Positions 9,118-17,726 of a stretch of 64,000 nt of DNA are shown one piece after another (positions within the stretch are counted from its first letter, which is position 1; each line of letters starts with the position of its first letter). The notes under the pieces are model-generated. The model was not told where the DNA came from, did no database searches, and worked only from the letters and a program-made list of their open reading frames with translations. Location of the stretch: positions 369 to 64,368 of the forward strand of contig QHVQ01000010.1 of NCBI GenBank assembly GCA_003222305.1, read 5' to 3'. This stretch comes from Acidobacteriota bacterium (lineage in GTDB: Bacteria > Acidobacteriota > Polarisedimenticolia > Gp22-AA2 > AA152). The translations under genes were made by a program, and so were the position numbers.

Positions 9118-10439
9118 GGGTAAAGCCGATGGAGCATCCGGGGGTAGGGGATGGCCTCCCGGAGGTGCCGGACTCCCCCCAGCCAGGAGACGACCCGCTC
9201 GATTCCCATCCCGAAGCCGGCGTGCGGCACGCTGCCGTACTTGCGGATTTCCAGATACCACTTGAAGGCTTCCTCGGGAAGCTTGTGCTCCCGGATCCGG
9301 GAGAGAAGGAGATCGTGATCGTGGATGCGCTGGCTGCCGCCGATGATCTCGCCGTATCCTTCAGGCGCCAACACGTCCACGCAGAGGGCTCGAGCAGGGT
9401 TCCCGGGATCGGGCTGCATGTAAAACGCCTTGATGTCCGCCGGAAAGTGGGTGACCATCACCGGTCGATCCAGGCTCTCGGTGAGCACGGTCTCGTCGAA
9501 TCCGCCAAAGTCGCCCCCGGGGACGAAGGGGGGAGCTCCCTGCTCGGCGGCCCGCCTGTGGACGGCTGGGTCCTGGAGGATTCTCGCCGCTTCGTCGTAG
9601 GTCATCCGGTGGAAGGGCTTCACCACCTTCTCCAGCGAGGCGGTGTCCCGCTCCAGCACCTTGAGATCTTCGCTATTTCTTTCCAAGACCCGCCCTACCA
9701 GGTAAACGATCAGATCTTCGGCAAGCTCTAGAATCTCCGACAGCCCGGAGAAGGCCACCTCGGGCTCCACCATCCAGAACTCGGTCAGATGACGGCGGGT
9801 CTTGGATTTTTCGGCGCGAAAGGTGGGACCGAAGCAGTAGACCTTGCCGAAGGCCATACAAGCGGGCTCCAGGTAAAGCTGTCCCGACTGGGTCAGGTAG
9901 GCCTTCTCGCCGAAGTAGTCGGTCTCGAACAGAGTGGAAGTACCCTCGCAAGCGGCCGGGGTGAACATGGGAGAATCGATGAGCACAAAGCCCCGGTGGT
10001 AGAAGAAGTCGCGACATCCCTGACAGACTTCATGGCGGACCCTCAACAGCGCGTGCGGCCGGGAGGAGCGCAGCCAAAGATGGCGGTGGTCCAGGAGGAA
10101 TTCCGGGCCGTGCTCCTTGGGCGTGATGGGGTAGTCCTGCGCGGCGTGAATCACGGTCACGTCCTTGAGTCCCATCTCGTAGCCCCCGGGCGCACGGGGC
10201 TCCTTCCGCACGGTGCCCGACACTTCCAGGGCGGACTCCTGGCCGAGGGTGCCGCAGGCGGTGAAGATCTCCGGAGGGACTTCTTTGGAGAACGCTACGC
10301 ACTGGAGGTATCCGGTGCCATCCCGCACCACCAGGAAGCGAATCTTTCCCGCCTCCCGCCTGGCGTAGAGCCAACCCCGGACCAGGACCTCCTTCCCCTC
10401 GAACCCTGCCAGGTCCCGGATCGCCGTGGCCCCCTTCAT
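9114..10439 (-). CDS. asnS: asparagine--tRNA ligase
   Basis: FRAEKSKTRRHLTEFWMVEPE and GFGMGIERV class II motifs. Trimmed to ATG 10439 (MKGATAIRDL...). The upstream ORF extension overlaps the EF-G gene. Confidence 0.9.
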   Translation of the reverse strand: MKGATAIRDLAGFEGKEVLVRGWLYARREAGKIRFLVVRDGTGYLQCVAFSKEVPPEIFTACGTLGQESALEVSGTVRKEPRAPGGYEMGLKDVTVIHAAQDYPITPKEHGPEFLLDHRHLWLRSSRPHALLRVRHEVCQGCRDFFYHRGFVLIDSPMFTPAACEGTSTLFETDYFGEKAYLTQSGQLYLEPACMAFGKVYCFGPTFRAEKSKTRRHLTEFWMVEPEVAFSGLSEILELAEDLIVYLVGRVLERNSEDLKVLERDTASLEKVVKPFHRMTYDEAARILQDPAVHRRAAEQGAPPFVPGGDFGGFDETVLTESLDRPVMVTHFPADIKAFYMQPDPGNPARALCVDVLAPEGYGEIIGGSQRIHDHDLLLSRIREHKLPEEAFKWYLEIRKYGSVPHAGFGMGIERVVSWLGGVRHLREAIPYPRMLHRLYP

Positions 10440-10443
10440 CGGC

Positions 10444-12543
10444 TCAAGCCCCTTCCTCGCTCTCGGTCTTGTGGGGTTTGTGCTCGGCGATGATCTTCGC
10501 CTGGATTTGGGCGGGGACCTCCTCGTAGTGGGAGAGCTCCATGTGGTAGGAGCCCCGGCCGCCGGTGATGGACTTGAGCGTGTTGGAGTAGGCGAGCATT
10601 TCCGACATGGGGACCTGCGACCGGACGATCTGGGTGTTCCCCTGGGTGTCCATCCCCTGGACCCGGCCGCGCCGGCTGTTGAGGTCTCCCATGATGTCAC
10701 CCATGAATTCCTCGGGGGTTTCCACCGAGACGTTCATGATCGGTTCCAGTAGGGTAGGCCGGGCGTGCTCCATGGCCGCCTTGAACGCCAGGTTGCCGGC
10801 GATCTTGAAGGCGATTTCCGAGGAATCCACCGTGTGGTAAGCACCGTCGTAGAGGACCGCCCGGAAGTCCACCACGGAGAATCCCGCCAGGTACCCTCGG
10901 GCGCGGGATTCCTGGATCCCTTTCTCCACCGCGGGGCGGAAGTTCTGCGGGATTGAGCCGCCGAAGATCTCGTCCACGAACTCGAAACCGCTTCCCCGAG
11001 GCAGGGGCTCCATGCGGATCCTGCAGTCGGCGAACTGGCCGTGGCCCCCGGTCTGCTTCTTGTGCCGGCCGTGGCCCTCCGCTTTGGCCTTGATGGTCTC
11101 CAGGTAGGGAACCTTGGGAGGGTGGAGAATCGCTTCCACACCGAATTTCTTTTTCATCTTGGCCACCGCCACTTCCACGTGGAGCTCCCCGGTGCCGCTG
11201 AGGAGCATCTCATGGGTGCGGGGATCTCGACTCACCTTGATGGTGGGGTCCTCGTCGGCCAGCCGTTGCAGGGCGTTGGAGATCTTCTCCTCGTCCCCCC
11301 GGCTCTTGGGCTCGACCGCGAAGGAGATGGAGGGCTCGGGAAAAATCACCGGAGCATAGAGGATGGGATGCGCCTTGTCGGCCAGCGTATCGCCGGTGTG
11401 GGTCTCCTTCAGCTTGGGAATGGCGGCGATGTCGCCCGCCTTGACCTCGGAGACGTGGATGAGTTCTTTCCCCTGCATGAGGGAGATGGCACCGAGGCGC
11501 TCGGAGGTGTTTCGGGTTACATTGTTCACCGAAGAGTCTGATTTGATGGTGCCGCTGTAAACTCGGAAGAGCGTGATGCGCCCGGAAAAGGGGTCGGCGA
11601 TAGTCTTGAAGACCAGGGCGGAATAGGGCTCCTCGGGGGTGGGCCTCCGGGAGGTTTCCGCGTGGCTCCTGGGGTCGGTGCCCTTCTCCTCGCCGCGCTC
11701 CGTCGGGGAGGGGAGCAGATCCACCAGGGCTTCCATGAGAGGTTGGGCTCCCAGATTGAGAACAGCGGAGCCGCAGAGAACCGGGTAGATCTTGCCCGCT
11801 TTCACCGCGGTGGCCAGGCCCTCTCTCAGCTCGGCGTCGGGAAGGTCCCCGGCTTCGAAAAATCTCTCCATGAGCTTCTCCTCGGATTCTGCCACCATCT
11901 CGATGAGCTTTTCCCGGGCGGTCTTGGCTTCCTCCGCCAGATCGGCGGGAACGGGGGCAGTCTCGAATTTGCCGCTCTCGTCCCGGCTCCAGAGGAGCGC
12001 CTTCATGTCCAGAAGACCCACCACGCCTTTGAAGTCTCTCTCGGAGCCGATGGGGATCTGGATGGGAATGGCGGCGCGGCCGAACCGTGCCCGGATGGAT
12101 TCCAGGGCCCGGGCGTGGCTGGAGCGCTCCCGGTCGAGCTTGTTAATGAAGAGGAGGCGCGGAAGATTGAACTCTTCCGCAAAGGACCAGGCCTTCTCGG
12201 TCTGGACCTCGACGCCGGCCACTCCGCACACGACGGTCACGGCCGCGTCGGCCACCCGCAGGGCCCCCTTGGCGCTGGCGATGAACGTTCCATAGCCTGG
12301 GGTATCGATGAGATTGATCTTGTGCTTTTTCCACTCGAAGAAACAGAGACTCGCAGAGATGGAGACCTTGCGGTGAATTTCCTCGTCATCGTAGTCGGTG
12401 ACCGTGGTTCCCTGCTCGACCTTCCCCAGCCGGCTTACCGCTCCCGAATCGAAGAGCATCGCCGAGGCCAGGGAGGTCTTGCCTGCAGCCCCATGGCCGA
12501 TGACCCCCACGTTGCGAATTTCGGTGACGTCGTAGACTTTCAT
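10444..12543 (-). CDS. elongation factor G paralog (EF-G2 type)
   Basis: GHGAAGKTS P-loop, DTPGYGTF (Tyr in place of the canonical DxPGH His), NKLD, and EF-G domains II-V recognisable. Trimmed to ATG 12543, with GGAGG 9 nt upstream. Confidence 0.85.
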   Translation of the reverse strand: MKVYDVTEIRNVGVIGHGAAGKTSLASAMLFDSGAVSRLGKVEQGTTVTDYDDEEIHRKVSISASLCFFEWKKHKINLIDTPGYGTFIASAKGALRVADAAVTVVCGVAGVEVQTEKAWSFAEEFNLPRLLFINKLDRERSSHARALESIRARFGRAAIPIQIPIGSERDFKGVVGLLDMKALLWSRDESGKFETAPVPADLAEEAKTAREKLIEMVAESEEKLMERFFEAGDLPDAELREGLATAVKAGKIYPVLCGSAVLNLGAQPLMEALVDLLPSPTERGEEKGTDPRSHAETSRRPTPEEPYSALVFKTIADPFSGRITLFRVYSGTIKSDSSVNNVTRNTSERLGAISLMQGKELIHVSEVKAGDIAAIPKLKETHTGDTLADKAHPILYAPVIFPEPSISFAVEPKSRGDEEKISNALQRLADEDPTIKVSRDPRTHEMLLSGTGELHVEVAVAKMKKKFGVEAILHPPKVPYLETIKAKAEGHGRHKKQTGGHGQFADCRIRMEPLPRGSGFEFVDEIFGGSIPQNFRPAVEKGIQESRARGYLAGFSVVDFRAVLYDGAYHTVDSSEIAFKIAGNLAFKAAMEHARPTLLEPIMNVSVETPEEFMGDIMGDLNSRRGRVQGMDTQGNTQIVRSQVPMSEMLAYSNTLKSITGGRGSYHMELSHYEEVPAQIQAKIIAEHKPHKTESEEGA

Positions 12544-12666
12544 GCCCGGGTCCCTCCGGTGGTCGCGGGCGACCCCCCCCTCTCCGCACCCCAGGGCGGT
12601 CCGCGGAGAGGCTGCCCGGGAGGCGAGTCCGCGAAAAGGAAGCTGTCTAGGTTGAAAAAACGGGCC

Positions 12667-12696
12667 AATATAGCACAGCGCCGACCGCCGCCTCAA
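12667..12696 (-). promoter_or_regulatory. candidate sigma-70 promoter for the EF-G2 operon (TTGAGG-18-TATATT)
   Basis: On the minus strand, TTGAGG sits at 12696-12691 and TATATT at 12672-12667. The ~115-nt leader holds an 8-bp stem, CTCTCCGC...GCGGAGAG. Confidence 0.35.
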
Positions 12697-12720
12697 CGGC
12701 GCTCTCCGGGCGCCGGAGCA

Positions 12721-13143
12721 CTACTTTCCGGCCTTTACTTCGCTCAAGACCTTCTCCGCCAGCCCCCGCACACTCGGACACTTGGGATCGTTGACCAGGC
12801 ACCGGGCAATGGTGTCATTGGGGCATCCACACGTGCAGACTTCCTTGTTCACGCGGTCCAGGAAACGCTGCTTTTGCTTCGGCGTCAAAGCGGTCAGATC
12901 CATGCCCGGGAGATCCATGAAGTAGTTCTCCTGGACGGTGACCCCTTCCTTGCTCTGGCTAGGTTGGTTTTCGGAAGCTGGCGCGGTTTGAGTCTGGGAA
13001 GTCTGCGTGGATCCGATCTTGGCGGGACGGCTCTGCGTTTTCTTGGGGACGGGCTTGGTCTCGGATGCGGCGGGACCGAAGGCCAGCGCCGCTGCGGCCA
13101 AGCCTGCCAGCGCCGCGCGGACCAGGGAGCAGCGAAATCTCAC
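12721..13143 (-). CDS. small secreted Cys-rich protein, function unknown
   Basis: GTG 13143 has AAGGAG upstream. Signal peptide VRFRCSLVRAALAGLAAAALAFG, then a low-complexity T/Q/S linker, then C-terminal LTPKQKQRFLDRVNKEVCTCGCPNDTIARCLVNDPKC. Confidence 0.5.
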   Translation of the reverse strand: MRFRCSLVRAALAGLAAAALAFGPAASETKPVPKKTQSRPAKIGSTQTSQTQTAPASENQPSQSKEGVTVQENYFMDLPGMDLTALTPKQKQRFLDRVNKEVCTCGCPNDTIARCLVNDPKCPSVRGLAEKVLSEVKAGK

Positions 13144-13343
13144 GTTGGAGTCTCCTTCGGAGCAAAGAGTTCGCCACGGGAGTGCGCAGACAACCATGGC
13201 GCAAACATGGCACAATAGCCCAGAACTCCTGTCCGGTCAAGGAATCCGGGACTGTGGAGCCGTGGATCCTGCGCCGCTTTCTTAGGTTGGAGGACGCAGG
13301 AGTAGGCCCCCTCGGCCCGCGGCGCACGGGACGACAGGTCCGT

Positions 13344-13372
13344 TTGACAGGGCCTATCTGATGGGCTGTACT
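13344..13372 (+). promoter_or_regulatory. candidate sigma-70 promoter (TTGACA-17-TGTACT)
   Basis: Perfect -35 at 13344-13349 and a weak -10 at 13367-13372, about 25 nt upstream of the methyltransferase start. Confidence 0.3.
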
Positions 13373-13395
13373 TCCATCGTTCGAAGGGAGTGCGA

Positions 13396-14337
13396 GTGGA
13401 TTGGAGATTCAAGGCCTGCCTCCAAGGGGTGTTCTCGCTTCTTCCCTGGGGCGAGCGGCTGAACCATGTTTTTCAGCGCTACGTCACGCACACTCTGCCG
13501 CTCGACGAGAACCGGTTTCAGGGGATGCTATCGACCTCGAAGCAGCACGTCGAGAACCTCCGAATGCACGTATCGAAACCGTTGGAGCAGGCGGTTTTCT
13601 ACGAATTCGGCACGGGATGGGACCTGCTGATTCCGCTGGCCTACTGGGCGCTGGGCATCGAGAAGCAGATTCTGGTGGACATCCGGCCGTTGGTAAGGCC
13701 AGCCCTGGTCAACGACGCGATCGAACGGTTCAGCAGAATCCCAACCCCCTTTCCGCTTCGACGAAAACCGGCAGCGACTCTCCCGACGGATGCCGAATAT
13801 GTTCAGGAATTGAGGAAGCGCTACGGAATCGACTACCGCGCCCCCTGCGACGCTCGAGCCACCGGGATGGCGCAGGATTCCGTCGACTGCATCAGCTCAA
13901 CCAATGCTCTCAATCACATTCCGGTGGGGGATGTCCGAGGCATTCTGCGGGAGTGTCATCGCCTGCTCGGCCACGGGGGCGCGGCGAGTTTTCTCATTGA
14001 CTACAAGGACAATTACTCCTATTTCGACCCGAGGATTTCAGCCTACAACTTCCTGCGGTACTCCGAGGAGCGCTGGCGATTCTTCAGCCCCGCCCTGCAC
14101 TATCAGAACCGGCTCAGGCATCGAGATTTCATGATCCTGTGCGAGGAGGCAGGCTTCGAGGTCGTGGAGGCAAGAACCATGGGAGGGACGTCCGAGGATC
14201 TCAGACTCCTCCAGGCACTGGACCTGGATGAACAATTCAAGCGTTATCGGATCGAGGATCTGGCCGTGCGTTCCTGCTGGATGACCCTACGGAAGCGCGG
14301 AGAGGCTTCAGGGGTCTCCCGAGTCACTGGAACTTAG
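13396..14337 (+). CDS. class I SAM-dependent methyltransferase, substrate unknown
   Basis: YEFGTGWD (motif I-like), later CISSTNALNHIP and HRLLGHGGAASFLI. I prefer the GTG 13396 start (GGGAG 5 nt upstream) over GTG 13390. Visibly lower G+C than its neighbours. Confidence 0.6.
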   Translation: MDWRFKACLQGVFSLLPWGERLNHVFQRYVTHTLPLDENRFQGMLSTSKQHVENLRMHVSKPLEQAVFYEFGTGWDLLIPLAYWALGIEKQILVDIRPLVRPALVNDAIERFSRIPTPFPLRRKPAATLPTDAEYVQELRKRYGIDYRAPCDARATGMAQDSVDCISSTNALNHIPVGDVRGILRECHRLLGHGGAASFLIDYKDNYSYFDPRISAYNFLRYSEERWRFFSPALHYQNRLRHRDFMILCEEAGFEVVEARTMGGTSEDLRLLQALDLDEQFKRYRIEDLAVRSCWMTLRKRGEASGVSRVTGT

Positions 14338-14434
14338 GAAGGGCGACTGTTACGCTCCCTTTCGGCACCGTTTCAGGCGCCAGGATGCGACGCTGCGTGG
14401 GATTCTGAACTCTCGGGTGGACCGGGCGTCTGGG

Positions 14435-15328
14435 ATGAAAGCCTCAGCGAAGAAACCCTCCGAGGAAAACGCTCCACCCCGCGTTCGGCTCGGTGCGCAC
14501 ATCTCCATTGCCGGGGGCGTCGACCGGTCGGTGCTCACCGCACAGGAGGTGGGGTGCGAGGCGCTGCAGATCTTCGTCAAGAGCAGTAACCAGTGGCGGG
14601 CGGCTCCCTTCAGGGACGGTGAGCTGGATCGATTCAGGGCCAATCTGGCTTCCACCGGGATCGGGCCCGTAATGGCCCACGATTCCTACCTCATCAATCT
14701 CTGCTCGCCGCAGGACGGGCTCTGGAAGAAGTCCCTCGAGGCCCTCCTGGTGGAGCTGGATCGATGCGAGGCGTTGGGGGTTCCTTGCCTGGTCACCCAC
14801 CCGGGAGCCCATACCGGTGCGGGAGAGGAGGCGGGCCTCTCCCAGCTTGCGCGGGCTATCGATCGAGTCCATGGCCGCCGTCCTGACCAGAAGGTGAGTA
14901 TCCTCCTGGAAACCACGGCGGGGCAGGGAACGGGCCTGGGACACCGCTTCGAACACTTCGAGAAGGTGTTCAAGCTGGTCAACGAGCCACAGCGGGTGGG
15001 AATCTGTTTGGACACCTGCCATGTCTTCGCCGCGGGTTACGATTTGCGGACTGCGGCAGCCTACCGGCAGACCATGGAGCGGCTCGACGGGACGGTGGGG
15101 TTGAAGAAGCTGCTGGCGATCCATCTCAACGATTCCAGGCGCGAACTCGGGAGCCGCGTGGATCGCCACGAGCAGATCGGGAAAGGACACCTGGGGGTCG
15201 AGGCGTTTCGCCTGCTGGTCAACGACTCGAGACTCACCGGGGTGCCCATGGTTCTGGAGACTCCCAAAGGGCCCGACTATGCCGAAGACAGAAGCAACCT
15301 CGCGCTGCTGCGTAGTCTGATCGCATGA
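14435..15328 (+). CDS. nfo: endonuclease IV (AP endonuclease 2 family)
   Basis: LGAHISIAGG, LVTHPGAH, LLETTAGQG, CLDTCH, HLNDS, DRHE.IG.G. The start is ATG 14435 or GTG 14417. Confidence 0.85.
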   Translation: MKASAKKPSEENAPPRVRLGAHISIAGGVDRSVLTAQEVGCEALQIFVKSSNQWRAAPFRDGELDRFRANLASTGIGPVMAHDSYLINLCSPQDGLWKKSLEALLVELDRCEALGVPCLVTHPGAHTGAGEEAGLSQLARAIDRVHGRRPDQKVSILLETTAGQGTGLGHRFEHFEKVFKLVNEPQRVGICLDTCHVFAAGYDLRTAAAYRQTMERLDGTVGLKKLLAIHLNDSRRELGSRVDRHEQIGKGHLGVEAFRLLVNDSRLTGVPMVLETPKGPDYAEDRSNLALLRSLIA

Positions 15329-15981
15329 AGACCGACGATGTCACTCTGAGGGTCACCGAGATCTTCCACAGCATCCAGGGTGAGTCCACGCAGATCGGGC
15401 GCCGCTGCTCGTTCGTGCGGCTCACTGGGTGCAACCTGCGCTGTGTCTGGTGCGACACCTCCTATGCCTTCGAAGGGGGGAAGGAGATGTCCGTGGCCGA
15501 AATCGTCCGGGAGGTGGAAGCCCACGCCGCGCCGCTGGTATTGGTGACGGGGGGAGAGCCTCTGGCTCAGAGCAGGGTTGGCGACTTGATGCGTGCACTC
15601 GCCGACAAGGGGATGGAGGTGATGATCGAGACCGGTGGGAGCCTCGACATCTCCGGGATTGATGCGCGTGTGCGCATCATCATGGACTTGAAGTGCCCGG
15701 GAAGCGGAATGGAAGGGAGGAACCGCTGGGAGAATCTGGAGTTTCTCAAGATCACCGACGAGATCAAATTCGTGGTCAACGACCGCCGGGACTACGAGTG
15801 GGCCCGGGAGGTGATCCGAAGACGTCGACTTTGGGAGCGGTCTGTGGTGCTCCTCTCACCGGTTTTCGACGTGATGGACCCTCGAAGGCTGGCGGAATGG
15901 ATCCTGGAGGATCGGCTCCATGTCCGGATGCAGATGCAGCTCCACAAGCTGATCTGGCCGCCCCAGATGCGGGGGGTGTGA
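15325..15981 (+). CDS. queE: 7-carboxy-7-deazaguanine synthase
   Basis: EIFHSIQGEST, radical-SAM CNLRCVWCDT, VTGGEPL. Its ATG overlaps the nfo stop as ATGA. Confidence 0.9.
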   Translation: MKTDDVTLRVTEIFHSIQGESTQIGRRCSFVRLTGCNLRCVWCDTSYAFEGGKEMSVAEIVREVEAHAAPLVLVTGGEPLAQSRVGDLMRALADKGMEVMIETGGSLDISGIDARVRIIMDLKCPGSGMEGRNRWENLEFLKITDEIKFVVNDRRDYEWAREVIRRRRLWERSVVLLSPVFDVMDPRRLAEWILEDRLHVRMQMQLHKLIWPPQMRGV

Positions 15982-16664
15982 TGGGCCCTGCCCGGGACCT
16001 GGCCATCGTCCTGGTGAGCGGTGGCATGGATTCCGCGGTGGTGGCAACTCGGGTCTGCCAGAATCACGAGCCGGCATTCCTGCATCTTGACTATGGCCAA
16101 CGTACCGAGGCCAGGGAGAGGCGCTCTTTCGAAGCGCTGACCCAGTATTTCGGTGTGGGGCGCCGGCTCGTGGCACGGGTGGACCCTTTGGGGAGAATCG
16201 GGGGATCGAGCCTCACCGATCTCTCCCTCGCGCTGACCGATACCCATCGAAAGGATTCGAACATCCCCCTGACCTATGTTCCGTTTCGAAACACCCACTT
16301 CCTGGCGGCGGCGGTCTCATGGGGGGAAGTGATCGGAGCCCGTTGGATCTATTACGGCGCGGTGGAGGAGGACAGCTCGGGGTATCCCGACTGTCGCGAG
16401 CGTTATGTCGAGGCATTCAACCGCCTGATCGCGGAGGGGACCAGGCCCGAGACACGCCTGGCGGTGGTGGCCCCCCTTCTCCACAAGAGGAAGTGGGAAA
16501 TCGTGCGGGAGGGGGCGCGGCTGGGCACCCCCTTTCAGCTGACCTGGTCCTGCTACGGCGGGAGTGAGCAGGCGTGCGGCGAATGCGAGTCGTGCCGGTT
16601 AAGACTGAAAGGATTCCGGGAAGCAGGGCTGGAGGATCCGCTACCTTATCGAGAGCGGAGCTGA
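15981..16664 (+). CDS. queC: 7-cyano-7-deazaguanine synthase
   Basis: VLVSGGMDS PP-loop, YVPFRN, C-terminal zinc Cys cluster SCYGG...CGECESC. TGATG overlap with queE. Confidence 0.9.
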   Translation: MGPARDLAIVLVSGGMDSAVVATRVCQNHEPAFLHLDYGQRTEARERRSFEALTQYFGVGRRLVARVDPLGRIGGSSLTDLSLALTDTHRKDSNIPLTYVPFRNTHFLAAAVSWGEVIGARWIYYGAVEEDSSGYPDCRERYVEAFNRLIAEGTRPETRLAVVAPLLHKRKWEIVREGARLGTPFQLTWSCYGGSEQACGECESCRLRLKGFREAGLEDPLPYRERS

Positions 16665-17707
16665 TGCGCGACGTCCCGGTTCCCCTGGCGGATTTCGATT
16701 ATCGGCTCCCCGAGGAGCGCATCGCCCAAGAGCCCTGCTTCCCCCGGGACGCGTCGCGGCTTTTCGTCTTGGATCGCAGGAGCGGTCGCCGAGCGCACCG
16801 GATCTTCCGCGACCTTCCCGATCTTCTCACGCCCGCCGATCTTCTGGTGCTGAATGACACCCGGGTCCTCCCGGCGCGGGTAAGGGGGCGCAAGCTCACG
16901 GGTGGGACGCTCGAGTTCCTCTTTGTGCGTCCCCTGGGCGACTCCTGGGAAGCGTTGTGCAACGGGGCCCGGGAATTACGGGATGGAATGGAAATCCATT
17001 TCGGAGGGGAGGCGACGGGAAAGGTGGCGGGGCGAAAGGACGAGGGGGTGATTCTGAAGTTCCCCCCGGGGACGGATGTCGAAGAGATGTTGAATCTTCG
17101 GGGCGAGGTCCCGCTTCCCCCTTACATCAGGCGGGTACGCGGGGATCCGCGCGGGGAACGGGACCCGGAGCAATACCAGACGGTCTACGCGCGCGCCCGC
17201 GGAGCGGTGGCGGCCCCCACGGCAGGCCTCCATTTTACCGCGGAGCTCTTCCGGCGCCTGGAACAGCGGGGAATCCGGTGGACCTCGCTCACGCTCCACG
17301 TGGGACCGGGCACTTTCCTGCCGGTAAGGACGCCGGACGCGCGCCATCATCGGCTGCATTCCGAACGATTCGCCTTGCCCCCGGAGACGGCCCGTCGCGT
17401 GGCAGAGACCAAGCGCGGCGGAGGGCGGGTGGTTGCCGTGGGGACCACCGTGGCTCGGGTGCTGGAGCATGTGGCCCGGCAGGGCGAGCTGAAAGCCTCG
17501 GAGGGAGAGTGCGACCTCTACGTCCTTCCGGGCCACGTCTTTCGCTGCGTGGATTCTCTGATCACGAATTTTCACCTTCCGCAATCCACTCTGCTGCTCT
17601 TCACGGCGGCGTTCGCCGGGCGGGAGGGGATCCTCGACGCGTATCGAGAGGCGATGGAGCGGGGATACCGCTTCACCAGTTACGGCGATGCCATGCTCCT
17701 CCTGTGA
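16664..17707 (+). CDS. queA: S-adenosylmethionine:tRNA ribosyltransferase-isomerase
   Basis: DFDYRLPEERIAQEP, LLVLNDTRVLPAR, PLPPYI, YQTVYA, GTT..R. TGATG overlap with queC. Confidence 0.9.
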   Translation: MRDVPVPLADFDYRLPEERIAQEPCFPRDASRLFVLDRRSGRRAHRIFRDLPDLLTPADLLVLNDTRVLPARVRGRKLTGGTLEFLFVRPLGDSWEALCNGARELRDGMEIHFGGEATGKVAGRKDEGVILKFPPGTDVEEMLNLRGEVPLPPYIRRVRGDPRGERDPEQYQTVYARARGAVAAPTAGLHFTAELFRRLEQRGIRWTSLTLHVGPGTFLPVRTPDARHHRLHSERFALPPETARRVAETKRGGGRVVAVGTTVARVLEHVARQGELKASEGECDLYVLPGHVFRCVDSLITNFHLPQSTLLLFTAAFAGREGILDAYREAMERGYRFTSYGDAMLLL

Positions 17708-17726
17708 GACTGCCAGAGAATTGTCC

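Noticed and set aside
11662-13218. 518-aa ORF on the plus strand
   Set aside because: It is antisense to the EF-G2 gene and the small secreted protein. It is low complexity and spans a real promoter region.
13208-13224. TGGCAC hexamer as a possible sigma-54 -24 element
   Set aside because: The -12 position lacks TTGC/GC (the sequence is TGGCACaatagCCCA). Other TGGCAC hits (for example near 42908 and 31650) lie inside coding sequence and also lack a -12 element.
14338-14434. Possible preQ1 riboswitch ahead of the que operon
   Set aside because: I could find no compact hairpin followed by an A-rich tail, and nothing resembling the conserved preQ1-I/II cores. The region is GC-rich with only weak imperfect pairing.
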